A DNA stretch of 64,000 nt from an uncultured Methanomassiliicoccales archaeon (lineage in GTDB: Archaea > Thermoplasmatota > Thermoplasmata > Methanomassiliicoccales > UBA472). A program made the position numbers and the translations under genes. The stretch covers positions 2,176,001 to 2,240,000 of the forward strand of contig OY968769.1 of assembly GCA_963695345.1 (NCBI GenBank), read 5' to 3'. Shown here piece by piece: positions 34,365 through 44,856 of this stretch. Under the pieces are notes generated by a model, which had not been told where the DNA came from, did not search any database, and saw only the letters and a program-made list of their open reading frames with translations. The stretch's first letter is position 1. Every line of letters starts with the position of its first letter.

Positions 34365-34699
34365 CCGTTCATCGTGAACGGCCAGCACCCATCGAACTTG
34401 TACTCGCCCTGCTTCCGTGTAGCACCATTTTTCCCGCAGGGCCGTTCTCTCCATCCAGTATCGAGACAAATTGTACCTTGATGCGTCTTTGGCTGTCGAA
34501 GCGTTACTGTGTTCGTAAACATGATATGAGTTCATTCTAACGAGCGGAACCTATCACCGGTGAACGCTTCTTGCATCCGTTACGTTTTCATCAGGAAAGT
34601 GCCTTTCATCCCATCTCAACTTCTGAACGAATCGTTATTCTGATGAGCCCGACCGAGCTTGGGGGCTGTGCATAGTATAAGAATTTGGTGATTTCATTT

Positions 34700-34795
34700 G
34701 TTAAACTAATATCAAAAAAGTTCATATTTTAGAAGGCCAAATGTCATTCAGTTCTTAATATGATGACATATTTCAATATAATTTTGTTTATATCT
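34700..34795 (+). promoter_or_regulatory. Archaeal promoter with conserved upstream boxes (copy A)
   Basis: GTTAAACTAATAT, TTCATATT, TATGATGA and ATATAATTTTGTTTATATCT (containing TATA-like TTTATAT) recur with near-identical spacing at 54901-54995 on the minus strand. Confidence 0.75.
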
Positions 34796-34816
34796 TATCG
34801 TTTTCTATCTTAAATC

Positions 34817-35067
34817 ATGGGCGGGCAAGCGAAAGAGCTCTCGTTGAGGGTTAGTCCGTTCATTCCGTCGGATGGAATTCCGTCGGATCAGTTGCGATCG
34901 ACATCGACTGGATCCATTTTCGATCCAGGATGTTCAGGCTGTATTTCCCAGGGCGATTTCTTTCGATCGCCTGTAAACACGAGGAAGAACAGCTGACGAT
35001 CATCCAATCGTCAGGATGTGCCTCGATCAGTCTGCTGTAGTGAAACGTAACGAAGGAGCTGATAAAC
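34817..35067 (+). ncRNA. Candidate structured 5' leader RNA (copy A)
   Basis: Homologous to 54628-54880 (-). Four hairpins keep their pairing despite sequence changes. Confidence 0.65.
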
Positions 35068-35283
35068 ATGAGAATGGTATCATCAGGGAAGGACAAGAGC
35101 AGGATGGGCGTTGCGACGGCCTTAATAGTCGCGAAGGAACCCACAGCGACGGTCGATCAGTCCGTTTTGTGTCAAGGGGCGAACAAAACCAGGGACCGGG
35201 CATGGACGATCGGCGATCAGGCGATGAAAAAGAACTGTTACGAGAACGTCTCAAGCCAAAGCGGGGGCTGTTCCATATGGTAA
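35068..35283 (+). CDS. Small upstream peptide (71 aa), homologue of 54355-54627
   Basis: SD-like GGAGCTGA upstream, synonymous divergence from its paralogue, and a stop overlapping the downstream start (ATGGTAA). Confidence 0.7.
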   Translation: MRMVSSGKDKSRMGVATALIVAKEPTATVDQSVLCQGANKTRDRAWTIGDQAMKKNCYENVSSQSGGCSIW

Positions 35284-36684
35284 GGATCAGGTTCAACGGC
35301 AGGTCCCTCACGCTGCTGTCGATGATGATCGTGGGGGCGATGATCGGAACATCCCTCCTGGGTGCCGCGTCGGTTCAGGGTGCCACCGCCCCGGTCGTGC
35401 CCCTCGGGGACGGGACGTCGGTTTCAGTGTCCTACACCATTTACAAAGATGGCAGCGGATACACCTGCGCGAAGAACGCGATAACCGCCGCAATCGATTT
35501 CCGGGACACCAACTCCCGAACGGTGATTCAGAAGGCGATCGACAAGCTGTCGGGCGGCTATGTCTACATCAAGGCAGGAACGTATGACATTTCCAAGACC
35601 ATCTACACGAACAAAGTGTCGATCGTCGGCGACGGGAACGGGACCATACTCAAGATCGGCACCACCGTTCACAGCGCAGGCCTGCTGGTGACGAACGGCT
35701 ACTACAAGCTCGATGGCACCTACATGTCCAGCCGTCCGACCGGCATCACCATCAGCAACCTCCAGGTCGACGGCAACCGGGCCGTCAGGACCAGCGGGAC
35801 GATGGAAGGCATCGGCATGATAAACACCCTGAACAGCAAGATCTTCAGGGTCTACGTGCACGACGTGATCGCTGGGACAGGGCATCTACATGTCCAACTC
35901 GCAGTACTGCAGCATTAAGAACAGCCAGGTCTACAACATCGGGGATACGACATACGCGCACTACGGATCGGGAATCGCGTTCGGCGAGGCTTCATCTTCG
36001 AAGATAGCATCGGCGTACATCACCATCGACAAGGTGCGGATCACGAAAGTGTCGATGTCCTGCATCGACCTGGAGCCGGCCAACCACGTGACCATAACCA
36101 ACTGCGTTTTCCGTGAGGCCTCGACCTGGAACGGGCACGCCACCCCGGTGATAACGGAATATGTGATATCCGGATGGGGGGCAAATGATTACATCACGGC
36201 CACCGGCAACAATATGTACGGTGCATTCGGGGAGTTCATCGTCCTGACGCCGAGCAACCATTGTGTGATCAGCAACAACGTCATCACCTATACCGCCGGG
36301 AAAACGGCCGCCATATACTCCACCGGGTCGTACGACAATGTGATCAAAGGGAACAAGATCACGACCATCCAGAAGGACGCGATCGTGGGAGTGAACTGCC
36401 GGTCGTTCTTGGTGGAAGGCAACACGATCGACGAGGCGGCCACGGGTCAGAACGCCTACGGGATCCGGTTCTTCGAATCCGGCGGCACATCGTCCGACAA
36501 CCAGATCAAGAGCAACACGGTCATCGGTTTCAAGTACGCCATCACGGCCAACTACGGTAGCGACTACTCGACGATCACGTACAACACCGTCAAGTCAAGC
36601 TATGTCGGCCTGATGCTGACCGGAACGCACAATGTCAAGATCGGCAACGTGCTGAACGGAGCGCTGGAACGGATATCCGCGTAA
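35277..36684 (+). CDS. Secreted right-handed beta-helix protein (frameshift at GGG 35874-35876)
   Basis: Paralogue of 20465-21889. Removing one G gives IAGQGIYMSNS, matching INGQGFYMTNS in the paralogue. Confidence 0.85.
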
Positions 36685-36932
36685 GCTGAGTGGAGAGCAT
36701 TCGGAGAAAAAACGCCAACAACGACCGGTCCTGCGGTTCGCGGGCCCGGTCTTACTTTTTCGACCTGGATCATCGACCAGACCATGTTCTCACGGAATTG
36801 GGAACATTGGAGCGCCTTTCATTCATTGTTTTCGCACTTTCATGGGGCGCGATGGCTATCCTACCGTGTCGTTCGTCAGGAAACAGCATGGGTCGGGAGA
36901 TTTACTTAGCCTTTTGACCGGCCGTTGACCCA

Positions 36933-37595
36933 TCACCGGAACGGCGTCTTCCAGCTCGTGTTCAAGGTGTATTTGTTGACCGGCCTCGCCTTGATGAACT
37001 TCGCCGGGACGCCGCCCACCATGGTCCATGCCGGAACGTCCTTGGTGACAACGGCTCCGGTGGCCACCACCGCACCTTCTCGCACGGTGATGCCTGGTAG
37101 GATGGTCACTCCGGCCCCGATGTAGACCCAATCCTCTATGGTGACCTTGCCTCTGGTCGCTCCGAACCCTGGGTCGTTGATGTCGTGCTCCATGGTGAAG
37201 ATCTTGAGGTCATCGCCGATGTTGACGTTGTTGCCGATGGCTATGCCCGCCCTGAAATCCAACGACGCATCGGTTCCGACGATCGAATTGTGTCCTATGA
37301 TGAGATTCCGAGTGCTGCCCCGGAATTTGCAGCCCCGGTTAATGTGGGAGGACTTGGGCATCCTGACCCGGAAAACGTACCGGTACAGGGTCGACCGCAG
37401 CCAGTGTCCATAGAGGTAACCGGTCCCGTTGCACAGGACGCACTTCAGGTTGACGAAATAGTCTCTTGTATGGGCCGCTATGGTCGCCAACTCATCATTG
37501 GATTTTAGAAATGACACGATCCTGTCCTGAAATGGGTTGCGAACTGACAATGGAACAGCCCTCTTGGGTAAGGCTAACATCCCCTTCAATTTCAA
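36933..37595 (-). CDS. Hexapeptide-repeat (LbH) O-acyltransferase
   Basis: IGNNVNIG, EH, IEDWVYIGAGVTILPG, GAVVTKDVP and GGVPAK. Start uncertain. Confidence 0.88.
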   Translation of the reverse strand: MKLKGMLALPKRAVPLSVRNPFQDRIVSFLKSNDELATIAAHTRDYFVNLKCVLCNGTGYLYGHWLRSTLYRYVFRVRMPKSSHINRGCKFRGSTRNLIIGHNSIVGTDASLDFRAGIAIGNNVNIGDDLKIFTMEHDINDPGFGATRGKVTIEDWVYIGAGVTILPGITVREGAVVATGAVVTKDVPAWTMVGGVPAKFIKARPVNKYTLNTSWKTPFR

Positions 37596-37683
37596 TATTT
37601 CGCAATTATCATATTATCGGGTTTGAAAGAAAAATACACTTGTAATAATATAATTAATCACGAGCCAGGTGGAACGATCAGGA

Positions 37684-38700
37684 TCACTTAGTCCTGATAT
37701 CCTTTAGCGGGATCTCCTTGCCATCCCGGTCGTACTCGGCGACGATCCGTGGCGGCCTCCGGAAGTACTGGGGCATTTCGCCCAGGGTGGAGAAGCGGAA
37801 CTGGTTGTCCTTGGCATAGGCGAGGGCCATCTCGATCTTGTCGAGGAGGGTCTGGCAATCCTTTTCCGTATCTGCGTACGGTGACGCTCCTGGCATGACC
37901 TCCATCGAATGGAACATCATGGTCAGGGTGACGTCCTTCTTGTCGGCATGCTGCTTAACGACCTGCCTCATCACCTCGACCATGCCCTCTCCGGTGTTGT
38001 TGGAGGGGCGGAGCCACTGCAGCCGATAGAGTCGATCGGTCAATGAATGGAGGGCTGTTGAATGCCATTTCCTGTGCTTCTCCGGTTCCAGGATGGTGAC
38101 AGGGACCTCGAGCACGCCGCGGCCGTTGGGCGCCAGCATGTCCGTCTCCATGGGGTAGTATGGTTGGTCGGGGGCATTGAGGTAGTTGGCACGGCCCTCC
38201 TTGTAATTCCAGTCGATGTTCGGGGTCACGGACGAGTCGACCTTGTAGTTGAGCTCGTCGAGGATCCTAAGAGTGTTGAGCCCTGCTCCGAAGCGGCCGG
38301 CGCGGAAAGACAGTGGTTTGTAGCCCAGGCGGGTGGCGAACAGCGCGGTGAGGTTCACCATCTTCTGCCGCTCGATCTCGTAGGTGTACGAGGATTGCAT
38401 GTTGTCGGTGGCCATGTTCGCCATGCTTCCCTGGTGACCGAGGGGGTCGATCATGTCCCCGTGCATATGGGTCCCGAGCTCGCAGTCCTTTAGGTGCTTG
38501 AGCACGGAGAGGCAGGCGTCGTCCCTGATCACTTCGGGCGAGAGAAGATAGGTGGGCTTGGCTCCGTACTTGGCGAACAGCCTGCCGAGCTTGTCCGGGA
38601 TACCGGTCGTGACGGAGGAGAAGCTTTCGTTGGCGGAGACCTTCCAGTCCTTACCCTTGTCTATCTCGGTATCGATGGTGATGAGCAGATGGATGGCCAT
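37684..38700 (-). CDS. Polysaccharide deacetylase-like protein (NodB/CE4-related)
   Basis: TIDTE, ELGTHMH, SFRAGRF, DSSV and MFHS. Confidence 0.8.
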   Translation of the reverse strand: MAIHLLITIDTEIDKGKDWKVSANESFSSVTTGIPDKLGRLFAKYGAKPTYLLSPEVIRDDACLSVLKHLKDCELGTHMHGDMIDPLGHQGSMANMATDNMQSSYTYEIERQKMVNLTALFATRLGYKPLSFRAGRFGAGLNTLRILDELNYKVDSSVTPNIDWNYKEGRANYLNAPDQPYYPMETDMLAPNGRGVLEVPVTILEPEKHRKWHSTALHSLTDRLYRLQWLRPSNNTGEGMVEVMRQVVKQHADKKDVTLTMMFHSMEVMPGASPYADTEKDCQTLLDKIEMALAYAKDNQFRFSTLGEMPQYFRRPPRIVAEYDRDGKEIPLKDIRTK

Positions 38701-38922
38701 TTGTTCCCGTCCGGGACGAGTTGAGCGCCTTCATGGGTTATGAAATATTGGGTATCGAAATGTTCTGCAAAGAATGACAAAGAAAGTGGTTGGTTCTCTG
38801 TAAACCATCTTCTTATTCTAGTACGGACTGAAAATTGTTGTCGGTACTCTCATGGCTGTTTAGCAGCAACCCGCGCAATCTTAATAATCAACTCATCCCC
38901 TCGGATATGAGTAAATGGTACA

Positions 38923-40800
38923 TTAATAATGGATCGATATGGCGCTCGATGAGTAGATCTTATTCAGGTCAATAACAAGGTTGTGGATTGTTGTGGTGTT
39001 CACATAGTTCAAGTTCGAATTAGACTTCAATTGACTTTCATAAGTCATTCCCTTAGAAAGGTAAATCTGCAAATTACCTCTACTGGCTAACTCTCCATCA
39101 CGAATTAAGATCAGATCAGATGTATTGTTCCTCATGATTGTTGTGATTTTCGAATCTATCTCAATTATTTGAGTGGAATTGTATCCTTCTGTATTCTGGA
39201 GATATCTGAATGAAGCATAATCCGATATGACCAATCCCGTGGAGATATTTGTCGCTGTGAACAATCCTTGGATTTCATCCTGGGATAGATAGGTCGTATA
39301 GAAAGTCCTCTGAACGAGGGGGTTGTCAGAAGAAACGAAATCGTTCGAAATGGAGGTCAGACATAGAAGGAAGAACAGTCCGGTGACAAGGTAGACTCTT
39401 CGGCGTTTGGATTTTGTAACTAATACGAATAGACCAACAGCGGAGGCAAAGACTATGAAATATGTAAAATACTCACCGAATCTCATGATGAAGGTTTCAT
39501 AACTTCCTTGACCGATCAATAAAGTTGGACCCGGAAACACAAGTGGAACGGCCAGGATTGCAGAAATGCAAATTCCCCTCAAGATAGAATTTGAATTTCT
39601 CTTGGATAGAGCATAGAATAGTCCGATTATCATCAACAATAAATAAAACGAGTATTCAATATAATTGAATAGTTCAGTATAAGGATTGGCAAGCAATGCT
39701 TTTCCAATGATCTTGCTTGGAACAAATACGAAAGTATCTCGAACAACCGCCGAGAATAGATCCTGTGCTGAGTATACCCAATATGCTGCAGTAATCACTC
39801 CAGCAAGAATCACGAATCGATAATTCATGACTAGTTCTTTTTCCGTACTTTCACTCTTATAAAATATTATTAACAATATGAATATAATAATCATATAGGG
39901 TATTGAAACGGTATGGTACATGACAACCGCCAATACAAGGAATAGAGCTAACATAAGCTTCTGCGGATTCTTATTCCCTACCAATAATATTAAGATCAAT
40001 ATCATGAAGAACGGCGTTACAGTTCTCGGAATCGACGACATTCCGTATATTATCGAATCAGGGAAAATACTAAGCAATAAGCAAGCAAGCAAAGCAATTT
40101 TGACATTTCCAGTTATCTTACGTGTCAAATAGTATGCTGCAATAATGTAGAATACAACAACCACTCCACCCGTTATGAACATGGTATATCTGACCGGTAT
40201 GTCTATTCCAATGATCATTTGTTCAGAAGATACCAGAATATGCCATAGTGGAAATGGTTGATAGATCCCAAAATTCTGTGATATTGACCCAGAATTAAGA
40301 ATATCGGTTATAAGACTAATATGAACTAATGGATCTGTCCTGCCAATGAAATAGTAATAATTGATATTCTCGCTAAATATTATCAATAGGCTCAAGAGCG
40401 CGATCTCGCTGAGAACGATGTAAAGATTCCTTTTTTGAACTTTCAGCGATATGGCCTGAGAAAAAATAATGGAAGCCATTACCGAAACTACAAGGTAAAA
40501 TATGTCAGATCTTATGATGTTATTATATAATATTATTATGCAAATACTAAATAAATTAAAAAATATTATAGAATATATTGTAAAATATATATTTTTTGAT
40601 TCAATATTATTTTCAACTCGATCATGTTTAAGATATACATTAATAAGGATTGGACCAATAATTAAGGGAAATGCAAGATATATCCCAATTACAGAATAGT
40701 TCGGCATCCCAAGAATCGTTGGTATGATTAAACCTAATATTCCGATCAGGGGGAAAACATATAGAACCATTCTAATCAGAAAATCCTCATTTTTCTTCAT
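38923..40800 (-). CDS. Large polytopic membrane protein (GT-C/polymerase-like)
   Basis: Very hydrophobic and AT-rich, with loop GRTDPLVH...YQPFPLWH. Similar layout to 61432-63373. Start placed at ATG 40800. Confidence 0.68.
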   Translation of the reverse strand: MKKNEDFLIRMVLYVFPLIGILGLIIPTILGMPNYSVIGIYLAFPLIIGPILINVYLKHDRVENNIESKNIYFTIYSIIFFNLFSICIIILYNNIIRSDIFYLVVSVMASIIFSQAISLKVQKRNLYIVLSEIALLSLLIIFSENINYYYFIGRTDPLVHISLITDILNSGSISQNFGIYQPFPLWHILVSSEQMIIGIDIPVRYTMFITGGVVVVFYIIAAYYLTRKITGNVKIALLACLLLSIFPDSIIYGMSSIPRTVTPFFMILILILLVGNKNPQKLMLALFLVLAVVMYHTVSIPYMIIIFILLIIFYKSESTEKELVMNYRFVILAGVITAAYWVYSAQDLFSAVVRDTFVFVPSKIIGKALLANPYTELFNYIEYSFYLLLMIIGLFYALSKRNSNSILRGICISAILAVPLVFPGPTLLIGQGSYETFIMRFGEYFTYFIVFASAVGLFVLVTKSKRRRVYLVTGLFFLLCLTSISNDFVSSDNPLVQRTFYTTYLSQDEIQGLFTATNISTGLVISDYASFRYLQNTEGYNSTQIIEIDSKITTIMRNNTSDLILIRDGELASRGNLQIYLSKGMTYESQLKSNSNLNYVNTTTIHNLVIDLNKIYSSSAISIHY

Positions 40801-40956
40801 GTTACTCACAGAATATCTGACGCGTGCTCCAACAAAGTTCTTCAGATAGAAAAACAGTTGTTTTTGATAACAATAAAAAAAAGAAACAGTGAGTGGGCAT
40901 CCGAACAGAATGAGTGGCGAATCCCTCATAGGGTCGTTCGGAAGATGAAAAGGTCA

Positions 40957-42298
40957 CTATTCTAATAATTTGTTTATTACAAATTTACTTTTACCCGCTT
41001 GGGTCTTTTTAATATCCTCTACTATATTAATTTGAACATTCCATCCAATTGCAAATGCCTCGAGTCCTTTGGATACTCTATCAAGTTTGGTCGAATCGAA
41101 ATTCTTGTGAACAACGATATTGATAGTGATGTCATACTTTGTTTGCTGGACCAATTGAATTTCCAATATTTGATCCGTATGCCCTATTTCTTCTAGAACA
41201 GCATATAAAATTGCTTGGCCATGGAGGTACTTACCTTCAGGCGTAATTAGGAACTCCTTTTCACGGCCTACGATATTGCTCATCGTTCTGTGTCCTCTCC
41301 CACAGGGACAACATTCATCATGGAAATGTCCCATATCACCTGTGTCATATCTGATGAAAGGAAAGGCGAAGTTGTGAAGGCTTGTAGCCAATATCTTGCC
41401 TTCACCCTCTTCGACCCGATCCCCCCTTTCATCTACTCCTTCCAGTACGCTCCTTTCCATATCGATATGTAATCCCGAATGTTCTTGACACTCGTATGCG
41501 CTCACGCCACCATCATTCAACCCATAACCATCAAAAACTTCACATTCAAAAACTTCTGATATCTTCTTCCTCATATGTGGAAGAAGCTTTTCCGCGGTGG
41601 TAAAAACAGCTTTGGGGGAGCGAATGGAAATATTGTTTATCTTAACATGTTCTGCAAAGGTAAAAATGGCGGATGCATAACCTCTGATGAATTGGGGTTT
41701 GAAGGAATTGATAATCGTAGCGTATCTCTCGGGCTTCATTCTCATCGATGTCTGGGGGAAGTTTTCTCAGGTTCCGGGAAAACTCGTGGAACTTGTGGCC
41801 TAGATTACTATATCCACCAAAATCAAGGGATGTCCCCGCAAGGAAAACCATCCTATCTCCCAATCGGTAACCTCCATAGCCCCATCCTCGATATAGAAGA
41901 GCGCCTCCAAGAAAACGATCGTTTGTTGATAGTCTATACGGTAATGGAACCCCCGTTGATCCTCCAGTCATTAGGTCACGATGTTTGATGGTTGAAAGAT
42001 TTCTCGGTTTGAACTCATCTGGCCGGTCCTTGATTATTTCCTTCGTAAGGACGGGTAACTTTTCCAAATCATCGATTGTTTTGATGCTCGAAGGCTCAAT
42101 TTTCAGAGATTTGAATAATTCGCGGTAATACGGTACATTTTCGTTGCAGAACGCTATCATTACCCGCAATTGCTTTTCCTGTTGATCCTTCAGCCGCTCA
42201 TATGGAACATACTGATTCTTCATTACTGTCTGGTATTTGGATGAAAAATCTATGCACCCGATTTCATGGGCTAAAATGAAAATCGTCCTTTCAAACAT
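40957..42298 (-). CDS. Phenylacetate-CoA-ligase-like (PaaK/CapK) adenylating enzyme (frameshift near 41730)
   Basis: VPYY, LPVLTK and TGGSTG in the first ORF; GYAS, YG, IRYDTGD and GR in the second. Confidence 0.85.
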
Positions 42299-42510
42299 GC
42301 CGCTCCCTTTTCATGGCAGGTCGTCGCAATTTTCTTCACCCAATAACTTTTTCTTCTGACATTTGAGTCGGGATTCTGGTAATAAATGAGAAGAAAAAAT
42401 GCAAGGAGTATTTACAGGAATGCAGAGAAGGTTCAGGTTCTTTCCCAGTACGTAATCTGTTTAAGGAATTTGTGAATGGCGAATACCTTCCGACAGGAAA
42501 TTGAATTTCA

Positions 42511-43608
42511 TCAGACATCAATACATTCCTTTTCTGTAAATGGACCAGTCCAAAGATCTGGATTATCTTTCATTTCCTTAATGCTAGACGGATAATTTTC
42601 AATCAACCATATCATAAAAGCAGTCAAATCAATTTTTTCATTGACAATTCTTTCTCGAGATAATTCCCCCCTTTTCTTGCTATCCTGATCTTTCAGGATT
42701 TCTTTGGCTTTATTCAATGCCGCTTCTTCATCGATAAAACTATGGAGAGCGCCATATTTTTGTTCAAGCTCCTTCAAGCACCCCATTGTCCCGGCAAGCG
42801 ATGAAATATAAATGGATGGTGTGCCAAGTAGGGCTGATTCCGATGCCATCGTTGCCCCTTCTCCGATATATAGTGAAGCATTGGCTAAGATATCGTGCAT
42901 ATTATCGGGAGAGGTCCGAATTTGATATTTCATTAAGTCCTGCGGTAACTCACTTTCACCCGTGATGAGGACATTCCCATACTTTTCTAGCTCCTTTACC
43001 AACTTGACCTTACTACATATGCCTTGGTGTCCGATGTCATGGCTCGCATTCCAAGAAACAAAACGAACCACGATGAAAGGTTCGTTTATATCAAGATCAA
43101 GCCCTTGAATCACACCTTTTTTCGGTGTAAAACGTCTGGGATGCAGTGAGGCCAGTTCCATGTAGCTATTAAATCTAATTTGTTTCTTACCAAGATTCCC
43201 ATTGTAGCATGACGGTGTACAGACTGCATTAACAAAGGGTAGGTATAGTCTGATCTGCTCAGTGCTATGTTCTGTATCTTCGAAATTGATACATGGTTTA
43301 CCTAGCATTGATGCTACGTGAGCTGCGCGTATTGATCCGAAGCCCATGAGAACATCAGGATTATATTTTTTAACAATTTTTATGTATTTAATATCATTAA
43401 ATGGAATCCCAAATATCTTTCCGGTCAAGGAATGACCGTAGTTGCCAGCGTTTGAATACTCTAAGTTATACTTGTCAAGCAGATCGAATATGATCTTTTT
43501 TTCACTTGCTGTGACTAGTACTTCGTGACCTCGCTTCTTCATATCCTTTATGAAATGTTTGAAATAATGTACATGAGCCGGATGATTCATATCCACTACG
43601 ATTTTCAT
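42511..43608 (-). CDS. DUF354 family protein (GT-B-like)
   Basis: HPAHVHYFK, DTEH, ASHD and EGATMASESALLGTP. Confidence 0.83.
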   Translation of the reverse strand: MKIVVDMNHPAHVHYFKHFIKDMKKRGHEVLVTASEKKIIFDLLDKYNLEYSNAGNYGHSLTGKIFGIPFNDIKYIKIVKKYNPDVLMGFGSIRAAHVASMLGKPCINFEDTEHSTEQIRLYLPFVNAVCTPSCYNGNLGKKQIRFNSYMELASLHPRRFTPKKGVIQGLDLDINEPFIVVRFVSWNASHDIGHQGICSKVKLVKELEKYGNVLITGESELPQDLMKYQIRTSPDNMHDILANASLYIGEGATMASESALLGTPSIYISSLAGTMGCLKELEQKYGALHSFIDEEAALNKAKEILKDQDSKKRGELSRERIVNEKIDLTAFMIWLIENYPSSIKEMKDNPDLWTGPFTEKECIDV

Positions 43609-43732
43609 TGGTCACCCAGAAAGGAAAATTATCTTCTTTCAAATCCTTTAATAGCGATATTTGTTTATAGATATTTGAACCAATTTACCATTCTTACCAT
43701 ATGGGTAATTTATGGCGAATTAAATTCGTTTC

Positions 43733-44758
43733 CTACTCTCCCAGAAAATCGAAAATGAAATCGCTGAATAATCGATATGTATTCATTGGCATCTTTTTGA
43801 TTACGATATTGCCCATTTTAATCATCTTGCTAGATCTATCAAAGGTAGAAGGATTATTTCTGTCGGATGAATAGACCAGGTCAAATTCCCTGGTTCCCCA
43901 TTTTCTTTTAAAGTTCATCAATCCGCTGTTATGTTTTGATGTTCGGCCGAAATCAAAAGTATGATAGCCCAGCAGACAAGCATCCTCTATGCATTTCCAC
44001 AAGAATGCATTGTATGGATGCATTTGAAGTTTGTTTGGATCCGCACATCCATAGCCGTAAACTACTCTTCCCCCGTAGAATTCCATCAAACCGCCACCGA
44101 TAATTTCTCCTTCGAGTTCTGAGACATAAAGCCTCAAATTGTTGGGGAATTCATTGATAAGATTCTTAAAGAACCTGGGGGGATGGCTAGGCACACCCAA
44201 TGCCTTTTTTGTTAGGCAATTCAAACGATAAAACTCATCAATATCCGAAGGTTCATTGGACTGCCTGACCCGAACTCCTAATTTTTCGGATTTCTTTACC
44301 GCCCATCTGACGCTTCCCTTATCTAGCTTGTTCCAAACCTCTTCTTTAGAAATTGATAAATCCAATTCGTGTGCACAAAATTCGTTAGAGTTATGCAGGT
44401 GGGGATGAACAATACGGTCCTTGAGGATGATGTGCCCTCCCGTTTGTCTGGTTGAAATTTCCATCGCAGTCTGTATAGCTAAATCTTTCTGGTCCATCTC
44501 TCCGATGTAGCTGGCACTATGGGCGAATGGTATAGAGCACAATTCACGTTTATGTCTCAAGTTTGGAATCTTGAAAAGTGGTAGGAAACCAATGATGTCT
44601 CCACTGTCATTTAAAATGAAAACATGGCATGGTTCAATCTCCAAAGTATGAGCGAGGAATCTTGACCATCCAGGCGTGTGATAAATCGTGGAATCGCTTC
44701 TTGCCGATAGGAAATTTATCCACTTTTGCTCATCGACAATTCCCTCAATGATATCCAA
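43733..44758 (-). CDS. FemAB-like / GNAT glycan-modifying protein
   Basis: TIYHTPGW, SIPF, RWAVKKS, FDFGRT and GLMNFKRKWG. Confidence 0.83.
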   Translation of the reverse strand: MDIIEGIVDEQKWINFLSARSDSTIYHTPGWSRFLAHTLEIEPCHVFILNDSGDIIGFLPLFKIPNLRHKRELCSIPFAHSASYIGEMDQKDLAIQTAMEISTRQTGGHIILKDRIVHPHLHNSNEFCAHELDLSISKEEVWNKLDKGSVRWAVKKSEKLGVRVRQSNEPSDIDEFYRLNCLTKKALGVPSHPPRFFKNLINEFPNNLRLYVSELEGEIIGGGLMEFYGGRVVYGYGCADPNKLQMHPYNAFLWKCIEDACLLGYHTFDFGRTSKHNSGLMNFKRKWGTREFDLVYSSDRNNPSTFDRSSKMIKMGNIVIKKMPMNTYRLFSDFIFDFLGE

Positions 44759-44856
44759 TTCTATCTCTCCAATTTACTATTCAATTCCTTTGGATTGCCA
44801 TAATCCATTGAAACCTCTTTTCTTGAAGGGCTAGTAAGAAACTGCATTCGCCTACA

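Noticed and set aside
34862-34888. ATTCCGTCGGAT direct repeat as a CRISPR or iteron remnant
   Set aside because: There are only two 12-nt units 3 nt apart, with no spacers or cas genes. It is treated as part of the leader element.
35016-35276. N-terminal extensions of the beta-helix ORFs (35016 and 20264 starts)
   Set aside because: The signal peptides and paralogue alignment place the starts at 35277 and 20465. The conserved coding signal upstream of 35277 is in a different frame.
34700-35283. Duplicated cassette as a MITE/IS
   Set aside because: No terminal inverted repeats, target-site duplications or transposase were seen, and conservation is block-like and tied to promoter and start-codon position.
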